DNA of 64,000 bases from the IMG/VR virus record IMGVR_UViG_3300013947_000021, positions 64,001 through 128,000 of that record; one strand, given 5' to 3'. The notes beneath the pieces were generated by a model that was not told the origin of the DNA, did no database searches, and saw nothing but the letters and a program-made list of their open reading frames with translations. Both the position numbers and the translations under genes were made by a program. Positions 11,521 to 21,900 of this stretch are shown one piece after another. The stretch comes from a virus. Taxonomy: Duplodnaviria; Caudoviricetes. Position 1 is the first letter of the stretch. Each line of letters begins with the position of its first letter.

Positions 11521-11575
11521 TAGCTTATAGTACAACATATTAATAAAATTTTCATGAATAGACGGAGGTTTAATA

Positions 11576-12571
11576 ATGTATACTAATGATTTATATGATT
11601 CTGGATATAGTGCTAGAGTAAAAAAGATAAGACAGAATCAGCTTAGCGCATTGTATGAAAATGCTGATAAGTATGATATTGAAAAGCCTAGTATTCAGAA
11701 GACTAAGCTTGATAATCTTTTTATCGAATCTAGTAATACTCGTACTGTTAGAGACGATTCTATTACAAGATTCCGCTCTTTCTCTGAAACTGTTAGAAAT
11801 TGTCTTGTAGTGGAAGCACTCTATAAGATGTATTCTAATGCAATGGATCCTGTTCTTAAAGCAGATCAGACCAATAGATCTATTATGAGAAAGATTGTTA
11901 CAGAGTATGTAAATGAGAATGGATATAATATAATTCTTGCTAATATGAGAAAAGCATCCGTTCCTATGTGTGAGATGTATAATGTAATCAATAATTCTAT
12001 TAATTCCATTCTTGAGGATTGTGATCAGACTAATCCTGATACTTTTGTTATTAAGAATGAAGATAAAGATCAGTTCTTTAATGATCTTGATTGTACTAAT
12101 ACTGAAGATGTAGAAGAAGCTATATCTGATAGAGTATCTAATGCAATGGCTGACTTTATTAATACTAATAATAAAGATCATGAAGAGATTACTAATACTC
12201 TTAAGAATGCTCAGGAAAAGATTGATACGGTTACCTCTGCAGATGATGGTGAGGATAATGATGAAGAAGATAATACTACTCCAGATGGAAATGTTCAGGA
12301 ATCTTATCAGGGGCTTGCTAGAGCAAGAATAAATAAGATTAGAACTACTCCTAAGGGCGTATTCCATTCTATGGTTTCTGCTCTTTCTGAAAGTGTGCTT
12401 AAGCATGAAGATATGCATAATGAGTTTATGACTGAAGGACATCTTGATATGGATAAGATTGTTGATAGAACCCGTATTATGTATACCTTTATGGAAATGC
12501 TTAATACTTCTAGACTTGATAGAGTTGATGAAGCATTTATTTCTGAAGCAATCATGAATCTTTCTAAGTAA
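11576..12571 (+). CDS. Hypothetical, probably virion protein
   Basis: 331 aa, GGAGG RBS, AACA-N6-TA promoter at 11534. Confidence 0.6.
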   Translation: MYTNDLYDSGYSARVKKIRQNQLSALYENADKYDIEKPSIQKTKLDNLFIESSNTRTVRDDSITRFRSFSETVRNCLVVEALYKMYSNAMDPVLKADQTNRSIMRKIVTEYVNENGYNIILANMRKASVPMCEMYNVINNSINSILEDCDQTNPDTFVIKNEDKDQFFNDLDCTNTEDVEEAISDRVSNAMADFINTNNKDHEEITNTLKNAQEKIDTVTSADDGEDNDEEDNTTPDGNVQESYQGLARARINKIRTTPKGVFHSMVSALSESVLKHEDMHNEFMTEGHLDMDKIVDRTRIMYTFMEMLNTSRLDRVDEAFISEAIMNLSK

Positions 12572-12574
12572 AAA

Positions 12575-12612
12575 GAATATCCTAGTAGCATTTAGCTACT
12601 AGGATTATTTTT
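12575..12612. terminator. Bidirectional terminator
   Basis: atcctagtagc/gctactaggat stem with A and T runs, between convergent genes. Confidence 0.7.
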
Positions 12613-13054
12613 ATAATTTTATATAAATCATATTATCATTTATGCATACAATATTAAATATCATACTCATATAATTCTTATTACTTAATATAATATCAAT
12701 TATATCTGTAGATCCACCTTCATATTCAATCCAATGAGACAATACTCCAATATTTGCCTGAATAAAATCATAAAATGCATTTATAAGAATATTATAATAG
12801 AATTCAGGTTTATGAGCAAAGTCCTTTATCTTTTTCATAGAAGTCTTTTTAATTCTAAGACCAATTTCAAAAGTATCGGGATTATAGTCAATACTATTAC
12901 AATCTATATAAGAAGTTATATACTTCTGTAATTCAAATATACATGTAGTATCCTTATATAAGTGGTATAAAGCAACCCGCAAATACTTTATACTTTCAAT
13001 AATTCCAGACTGTTCATTATTTGCAAAATAAAATGTAGTATCAGTTTTATTCAT
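12611..13054 (-). CDS. Hypothetical protein
   Basis: 147-aa ORF with AGGAG RBS. Confidence 0.6.
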   Translation of the reverse strand: MNKTDTTFYFANNEQSGIIESIKYLRVALYHLYKDTTCIFELQKYITSYIDCNSIDYNPDTFEIGLRIKKTSMKKIKDFAHKPEFYYNILINAFYDFIQANIGVLSHWIEYEGGSTDIIDIILSNKNYMSMIFNIVCINDNMIYIKL

Positions 13055-13079
13055 ATATAATCTTACTCTCCTTTTTAAT

Positions 13080-13793
13080 TTAATGAAAATAATTTAAATC
13101 TATATTCTGATCATAATCTTTTCTATTTATTATAGAATTATATTGAGCTCTATTATACATCATATTTAAATATTGTATTCTAATTTCTACTCTAGGAAGT
13201 ATAGAGTAATATCTATGTACAGATCCATCTATTACCAATGTATCATCAAGCCATATATTAGCATTAAACATATCTGAATATTTTTTACCACAGTTATCCC
13301 AGTCAGGTTTTGTAATAGGTCTATGTAATCCTATTTCTGCTAATATTGTATCTTCTTTATTATAATAAGAAGGCGTTTTAAAATAAGCATATATATCTAA
13401 CTTACAAGGAGTATATATCATTTGATTAACAAATGTAAAATCTTCCTCAGTCATTAGTCTTCTCATATATGCTGAATCCTCTGCACCAGTAATAGAATAT
13501 ACATGAACAAAATTTGGATTAGCCATAGCCATATTAGCTAAATTTTTTCTATTTACTATTCTAAATCTAGGTCTAGGAGTTCCTTCTGGAACTTCAAATA
13601 ATATAATTTTTGTATCATAATATTGTAAAGCTTGAATCATTAGATCACGCTTATGTAATATAGAATATGCTTGTTCTTCTGATATAGATAATCTATCATA
13701 CATCCAATCAAGTCTTTCTCTAAAGTCAACTGGAATATCTCCAAATTTTTCTACATATTCATCATGTTTCTGAGATCTATTTTTTCTTTTCAT
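13080..13793 (-). CDS. rusA: RusA-like Holliday junction resolvase
   Basis: PRPR N-terminal motif, KPDWDNCGK and WLDDTLV acidic catalytic motifs, PRVEIRI end. Confidence 0.75.
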   Translation of the reverse strand: MKRKNRSQKHDEYVEKFGDIPVDFRERLDWMYDRLSISEEQAYSILHKRDLMIQALQYYDTKIILFEVPEGTPRPRFRIVNRKNLANMAMANPNFVHVYSITGAEDSAYMRRLMTEEDFTFVNQMIYTPCKLDIYAYFKTPSYYNKEDTILAEIGLHRPITKPDWDNCGKKYSDMFNANIWLDDTLVIDGSVHRYYSILPRVEIRIQYLNMMYNRAQYNSIINRKDYDQNIDLNYFH

Positions 13794-13886
13794 TTTTATT
13801 CTTCCTTAATAAAAAGAATAAGATGCAGCCTGCATTGCTGCATCTTAATAATTTGTTTAAAAATGTGTAAAACTTGACAAATATCG

Positions 13887-15893
13887 TTAATTAGCTCCGC
13901 GAAGCTTATTGTAGAAGTTCATAATAGCATTCTGAACTTTAACTTCTACTTTTCTAAATGTATTATTCTTAATATCAAGTATTTCTCCACCCTTATTAGC
14001 AATCCACATTTCTGCCAATCTACCAACTTCAGGTTTATAAATATTAATACCACAAAGATTTGCTATATAATCCATTAATGCAGTATTAGATATTGTATCA
14101 TAACTCCAGTCAGACATACTAGATGGTGTTATAGACATTGCTTGATACAAATCTTTAATATCTATAGATACATTTATAGCAGAAGGTAATCCTTCTCTAG
14201 TCCACTGACATTCATCACCTTTAGTAACAGACATATCTGTTATAATACCCATATCAATATTAAAGAATCCTTTATATATTGCACGAACAAGATAAGGATT
14301 TGTATATCCATTAGGATTAGAAACAACAGACTGAGGACAAGTTAAGCATATGAGATGGAATAAAGGTACCAATACATTCAAATATATAGAAAGAGGAGAT
14401 GGATCTGGAGATATGAATTTAAACTCACAAGAATAGGTTCTACTAAATGAAGAGTCAGACCATATTTCAGGGAATATAAGTTTACCACCAGCAGCAACAG
14501 TTGCTAAATGACTTCCTATATTACTAAGTACATTTCCATGACCTAATATCTTATTTACAAAATCATTAAGATTTTCTATATTACTAGATATATCTGCATC
14601 AGACAATACCTTATCTATTCCTGCCATTGAAGATGACTGACCGAGTAAGAATGATAACTCTCTTCCCATATCTGAAATAGAGTTTACAGATGAAGCGAGC
14701 ATAGATTGAGAAGTACTATTACTATAGCTCTCTCTAGTACTCGTTTCAGTATTTAAATAGAATGGAATAGAATTGAATGTACCCACATCAGAAATACTTC
14801 TTATTCCTGCATTAGTATATTCTTCCCAGTTCATATATTTAAGTACATTACTAGCACCAGGAAGTTTAATATCTCCTATACCAAGATATATAGATGCTAT
14901 TCTACACATAGGATTTAAGTATTTATAATAATCATCTGCATATTGGAATGTATAATACCTACCATTAGACTCTGTAAGATCAGAAAGAGTATTTTCATTA
15001 AAATCAAATCCATTTGCTACACTTGAAATGAATTGTGATACAAAGTTTTTCTTTTCTGTTTTACTATATTTAGTCATAAAACTAGCTCTACCAGGAGCTA
15101 TAAGAAGTAGTGGAATTCTTTCTACTATCTTTTCAGCATACTCATATCCTATAGAAGGAAGAAGAGTGCTAGAATTTTCAGCACTAAGTCTTACATCAGC
15201 TTCAGGAAGAAATTGATATGGCAATCCAAATACACCAGATATATTATTTATATTGGCAAAATCTTCAGTATCAAGATCGGTAATTCTACTAGTATATGCA
15301 GCATCACCAAACATACTTTCGTATGTAGGCCTATATCCAGTTCCTTCTGCATCACTTTCGCCAACAGAAGTTTCAGATTGAGTAGGCTCATCTGAATTTG
15401 ATGTAATAATACTTACATCATTAGAATCAGAAAAATAGCATGATAACTTGGTACTAAATTTAGTTTCACCACTTACATTTGTGATAAATAAATCATCTGA
15501 ATTCTTACATAAACAGATTATCATATCTGTATAATATGCCGTAGGAAGTGGATTTGAAACTACTATATATGATCCATTTCTAAATGGTATAGGAAGCAGA
15601 TTATCTCGTTGAGTAAATCCAATTTGATCAGATTCTATATCAAGAGTACTTTCTACACTACCATTAGTATTATAACCAACTGATTTTAATTTCACAGGTT
15701 CTTCTGAAAAATTATGATATGCTGCACCATCTATAGTCTTAAGTAATGTGTCTTTTGATATATTAGTACCTATTACGCTACCGCCAGCCATTACAGTTGC
15801 TACATATTTACCATCTTTATCTTTTTCACATTTATAGCCTATGCAAGGATTATCTTTATTTGCTTTTCCCATTGATTCCCATATGTACTGCAT
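13887..15893 (-). CDS. Putative tail/baseplate hub protein
   Basis: RBS-supported start at 15893 (MQYIWES); FPEIWSDSSFSRTYSCEFKF and IITDMSVTKG tube-like motifs; follows the giant tail gene. Confidence 0.5.
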   Translation of the reverse strand: MQYIWESMGKANKDNPCIGYKCEKDKDGKYVATVMAGGSVIGTNISKDTLLKTIDGAAYHNFSEEPVKLKSVGYNTNGSVESTLDIESDQIGFTQRDNLLPIPFRNGSYIVVSNPLPTAYYTDMIICLCKNSDDLFITNVSGETKFSTKLSCYFSDSNDVSIITSNSDEPTQSETSVGESDAEGTGYRPTYESMFGDAAYTSRITDLDTEDFANINNISGVFGLPYQFLPEADVRLSAENSSTLLPSIGYEYAEKIVERIPLLLIAPGRASFMTKYSKTEKKNFVSQFISSVANGFDFNENTLSDLTESNGRYYTFQYADDYYKYLNPMCRIASIYLGIGDIKLPGASNVLKYMNWEEYTNAGIRSISDVGTFNSIPFYLNTETSTRESYSNSTSQSMLASSVNSISDMGRELSFLLGQSSSMAGIDKVLSDADISSNIENLNDFVNKILGHGNVLSNIGSHLATVAAGGKLIFPEIWSDSSFSRTYSCEFKFISPDPSPLSIYLNVLVPLFHLICLTCPQSVVSNPNGYTNPYLVRAIYKGFFNIDMGIITDMSVTKGDECQWTREGLPSAINVSIDIKDLYQAMSITPSSMSDWSYDTISNTALMDYIANLCGINIYKPEVGRLAEMWIANKGGEILDIKNNTFRKVEVKVQNAIMNFYNKLRGAN

Positions 15894-15971
15894 AGATATC
15901 CTCCTTTTTAATTCAATATAATTATATAATTGTTGGAAGGGCATAAATATACCCTTCCAACCATAATTTTT

Positions 15972-18900
15972 TTACTCTCTTGCTAATTCAGACATTGCAC
16001 TGATAATATATTCATTACTCTGATTATTAAGAAGCTTTGAAATGTTTACAGTATTTCCAGAGTTACGTTTAACAAGTTCATTCAAAGCAGCCTTAGTCTG
16101 AAGCTTAGTCTTTCTTGATGCAGCATCTATATCAGATTCATCTATATCAATACCAAAATTCTTAGAAAGTATCTCAAGTACTTTATTAAGAAGAGCAGTA
16201 TTATCAGAGATCTTAAGAAGTATAGATACTATAGTATTCAAGAAGCTATCATAGCTAATAGATGTATTTGCATTAGATGTAGTATTAGCGGAGCCACTTC
16301 CGATAATATTTCTATTATCATCGGCATACATTCTATTTTGATCAATAGAACGTTGAGCTCGCCCACTACCAACTGCAAATGCATTATAAGCTTCTTTAGC
16401 ATAAGCCTTTCTCTCATTGTCATACAAATATTGCTTAACAGATTTCCAGTTAGGCATTTCATAACTATGAAGAACATCAATAGCTGCCTCACCAGGATCC
16501 TTAGCATTCTTAAGTCTATTGACAAGACCACCACAATATTTATTCCAAGATCCAGTAAGATAATCCAACTGGTTAGGAATAGAATCTATTTTCTTACCTT
16601 GTCCAACAGTAGCATCATAAAGCTGCTCTTTCCAAGTATTATAAGTAAACTGCGGTAATCCATAACCAAAATAAGTATTTACAAATGTATCCTTAGAAAT
16701 CTTACCATTCTGGAGATCATCTGTAAACTTACGCATTAGTGTATCTGAGTTACCACCAGTATATCCTAATTTCTTAAGTTCCGTAGCTTCCACTGCATAA
16801 GGTTTATAAGCTGACTCCATTCTGAAGTTACCCATAATACCAGCAGCTCCAGCCTTACTAAATCCTTTTGATCTAAGATAATTCCAAATCTTTTCAGCAT
16901 TACTATTTCCTTTCACATCCATTGATGTAATAGTATTAGATTTCTTATTGCTAACAAGAGATATTTTGCCACTACTATTACTTGATGTATTAGCTGTAGA
17001 ATCAGATGATGAAGAAGTATCATCCCCATCTCCATACATAGCATCATACAATCCACCATACATCTTTTTCATGATATTAGTTCCAAGATTACCTATTTGA
17101 CTAAATAATTTATTAGTTGTGCTAGTATCTTCGGCTGATGAAGAATCTGCAGATTCAGTACCTTTTCCTATATTCTTTCTGCCATTAATAATAACAGAAG
17201 ATTTCATAGAATTAGCTATCTTAGATTTATTATATTTAGTAGATCCACTAGGAAGATCAGGATCTTCTACTATAACATTTCCATTTCTATCATATCCAGT
17301 AGCAGTAATAAAGTGAGGAGTAGTTCCAAATGGCATTCCATTATTAGAATTATCCTTACCAAACATTATTACCTGCTTACCTTGCTTAATAGCTTGCAAT
17401 GCATCAGATGCACTATTAGTATTAGTTGTAGATATTCCATTATCAGCAAGATATGAATTGAAATAATTCATAGAAGTGCCATTCTTAGAAACCATACCAT
17501 TAGCTTCTGCATAGCTCATAGCATGATTAAGATCACCTCTACCAGTAAGACGTCTTAATGCATTAGTAACAGCCACAGGAGCACAACCAGATTCTCCTAA
17601 TGTACTATTACCATATCTCATATTCTTTATAGCAGGATCATGCTGATAAATATGTCCACGAGCTTTACCAGCATTTGTAGTTCTAGCACTACCTATACCA
17701 AGAGCAGATGACGTTCCAGAAGAAGTAGTTCTACTATTGCCATTAGATTTATTTATTACAGCTTCAACTTCTTTGTCTTTAACTCCAAAGATATTACCAA
17801 ACCAATTTCCTACACGTTTATACCAAGGAGCTTTCTTTCTCTTATTGAAATCTTCAAGATTATCATAAGTTTCTTCAGGATGCTCCTTATTCCAAGCATT
17901 AAGCACCTGATTATAATTACTTCTAGCATCCTTAAGCTCAGTCAAATCCATACCAAATGCAGGAAGAATACCATCAATAAATATATCCATAATTGTAGAT
18001 GCAGGAATAAGTCCAAGCAAGAATCTATTAGTAAGAAAATTAGTTAATCCGCAAATTACTCTAATACCAAAACTAATATTATATCCACCTTTTGCTACTC
18101 CCATAATAGTTTCAGCATTAGTCATACCCCATAAGAAGTCGACAACACCTAAAGCTATACCAAGAGGAGTTGCATTAGAAAGTACATTAGCAAGTTTTAA
18201 AGCAGATTTTCCAATTAATTTAGTACCTGCGTGTTTAGCAAGTTTTTCTCCAGATTTTATAAGTGCTTCTTGAAGAGCTTTTGTTCCAGCTCCTTTGGTA
18301 ACACCTGAAAGAAGTATTTTACCAATTTTACTATTAAAGATATTCTCAAAAAGTTTCCTAAATAATGAACCAAATGATTTCTTTGCAGTATTAACTCCAG
18401 TACTTTCAGCTATATTCTTTATAGTATTAGTAGCAAATCTACCAACAGCTTTACCAGTTTTAGTATTTGCAATACCAGTACCAATAGCTTTTCCAGCTTT
18501 GCCTACAAGATTAGTAGCTTTTCCAAGTTTAGTTGCATCAAATACAGTTTTTCCAACTTTACCTGCAAGTTTAACTGCTTTAACAGTAGTGCCTTTATTC
18601 ATTCCAGCAAGAACTTGTAATCCAAATCTTGTACCAGTTTTTATACCTTTTGATAATATGCCATCATTGCTATGATATTGTGTATAATCATTAAGTATAT
18701 TACCATTTTCGTCAGTTACAATCTGGTTTGTAGAATAAGTTCCACCTATAATATTACGTCTATTTGTACTTCCATCAAAATCATTTGCTTCCATTGCTTT
18801 ACCAGTCGTAATATTAAACACAGGATTTTCTATTCCGGTAACGTCTATATCATCAACAATAGATTTTAATTTAGCATTAGAAGAGCTAGTATTTCCACCA

Positions 18901-21900
18901 TTTATATTGAAAGTGCTTGTAGTTTTATAATTTGTAGATTTGCTACTATCAAAAGCTTTAATTACATTGCTATAATTATTAGAAGTTTTCTTAACTCCAG
19001 GTTCTGTAGATGTACTTTGAGTTAAAGCAGATTTAAGATTACTATTATTTTTATTTGCAGCATTAAGATATTTAGTTACATTGGTATCATAGTCAGTAAA
19101 TGTAACATTATCATTTGCAGGTTTTCTCTTAGTAATTACTGCAGTAAGACCTTTAACAATACCTTTTACAGTACCCCAAAGAATACCAGGAAGAGATTGT
19201 ATTATAAGACTTACAGCAGGTGCAACCAAGTTCTGAATAGCATAACCATGACCAATTATAATCTTCTCTAATGCACCAGCAAGAAGACCAGATAATCCAC
19301 CATTATTCAAATACCAATTCTTAACAGCATTGAATTTTTCTCCAAACCAGTTAAATACTGATCCAAGTATTCCAGATTTACCATCTTTACCAACAAATAT
19401 ATTCTTAAGACCACCAAGTAATCCGCCACTTCTTACTCCATCTTCATTCTGTTTACCAAATAAGAAAGTCTGTATTTTAGGCCAAATACTTGTTTTAACA
19501 AATTCAGAAGCATATCCAAACAGAGAAACAAGTAATGCACCACCAACAATTTTCTTTCCTATCTTAGCAACTGTTCCGAGAGGAGAAGAAACCTTCTCTT
19601 TAAATCCTACTATTCTACCGAGTATACCAGCTATACCAGATCTAGATTTCTTTCTCTCTTTTCTCTTACCTATAAGACTATCTATAAGATCATTAAAATT
19701 CTGGCTGTTCTCTTTGTTCTCTTTATCCTTCTTCTCTTTAATTTCAGTATGTTGTTCTTTATTTTCTTTATATTCACGAGAAGATGTATCTGAAGAAACT
19801 ACATTACCAGTATCCTGATCATAGAATTTTTCTTTATCTTCATCACTTCTATCATTAAGTGACTTTTCATTAGCTTTTTGAATAGTATTTATTACTTTAG
19901 AGCCACCATCTGCTACATTTTTTGCAGTTTCAGATGCATTATTTGTAGTAGATTCTGATTTAGGTCTAGCTTTAGGATTCATTGTATAAATAACTTCTTT
20001 AATAGCATTCAGCATACTATTATTAAAATTATCTATTTTACTAGAAATATTTTCAACTGTTTGCTGGGTTTTCTCTTCAGGAGTCTTAGGTTCTTCTTTA
20101 GAAGTTATAGATTCAACATTTTTTCCTCTAGCTTTAAGTTCAGCCTGAATAGCTTCACGTACACTTCTAATACCGCTTTTACCAGAGATCTTTCTACCTA
20201 ATGCTTGAGAAAGTTTATCTTCGATTTCTTTTTGATCACGTCTAGAACCGCCTAGAGTTAATCTAAGACGATATAATGTATTTACATCATTTTCTGAATC
20301 ACTTAGACCATTTCTAAGAGTATTAAGTATACTATTTTTTATACTATTCCTATCATCTTCTCCAAATTTATCAAGGCCAAACTTGCTATCAATATATTCA
20401 CTAAGTTCATCAATATTATTATATTCACCAGATAATGCTTGTTTAGTAAATTTATTAAGAGTCTTATACCCTAACTTGTCATAAAGAGTCTTACCATTAG
20501 CATCTCTCTTATTAAACAAATCTGAAAGCCTATTTTGCATACCACTACGAATAGACTTCATTTGGTTTCCAATATCACTATCAGAATTAAGCATAGCACT
20601 AGTATTGGATAAAAGCATATTTAATGCATTATCATCCAGTCCAGCTAAAACATTATCCTGTTCAAATGCATTATCTCTTCCTAAGATAGTATTAAGTAAA
20701 CTACCAGACTCAGAATATCTATTTTTCTCAAGAGTATTTGCTAATCCAGAATCTTTATTAAAATATCTAAGAAGACCTACTAATCCATTAGTGCCTTTCT
20801 TCTTATTACCATAAATAAATCTATTAAAGAGTTTATTATCTGAATACTGCTTTCTGAATACAAGTCTTTCTGCAGCACTCATATCATAAGCTTTGCCTTT
20901 TTCTATTTGATGCATTCTCATTCTATTACCAATAGAACCAAGCATTTTAAATGGAGCAGAAATTATGCCCTTAGCAAGATTAATAGGAGATTTAGCAACT
21001 GCACCTATAGCTTTTCCAAGAGGTTTGAATATCTTTTCCTGGAAAAAGTCCATAGCAGGTAATCCTATGAATTTAGAAAATGCATCATTAATAGAATCTG
21101 CTACACTATATCCAATATCATGAATAACATTCTTTATTCCTTGCTTAAAAGGATTCCAGAAATTCTTTAAAGGCTTAAGCATATTTTCTTTAGCATAGTC
21201 TTTAAATTCATCGAGCATGGAAAGAATCTTTTCTTTACCTGGAATAAGTATAGTTTTATTAAGGGCTTTCATAACAGAGTTCTTTTCAGGATTATCAGGA
21301 TCACCAAACATAACCTTATGGAAAGTATCCGTTGCAGTGAGCAATCCAAGACCAGAACCTATTATACTATTTCCTAAAATACCAAAAGGACCAGCTAATG
21401 CACCAATACCAGCTCCAATAAGAGCATGAGGAGCAGCCTTCTTTGCAAACTTCTTAAACTTTTCTACTCCCTCTTTTTCAAAAAGTCCATTTTCTCCAAA
21501 GAGGATATTCTGTACAGTTTCATTATTTTTAAGAAGACTAATACCAGCACCAACTGCAGCACCACCAAGAGGGCCAAATCCAGTAAGTAATCCAGCAACT
21601 CCACCAACAAGACTAAACTTACTCATATCAGGAGCAGCTTTTGTATATACATCAATTATTCTCTTAGGAATAATTCCTCCAGATCGTTCTTTAGTACCAT
21701 CTTCATTTGTAATCATATCTCCAAGAAGGAATTTCTTAGCAGTTTCAGAACTGTTTATAATGGATAATCCTGCACCAGCAACTGCGCCAAGAAGAGGATT
21801 TCCTACAAGTAATCCAGCTCCACCACCAACTATTCCTCCAGCGAGAACCTTGGAAGTATGATCATAAGAATCTCCAAGAATATTTGAAAAGAATCCTTTA

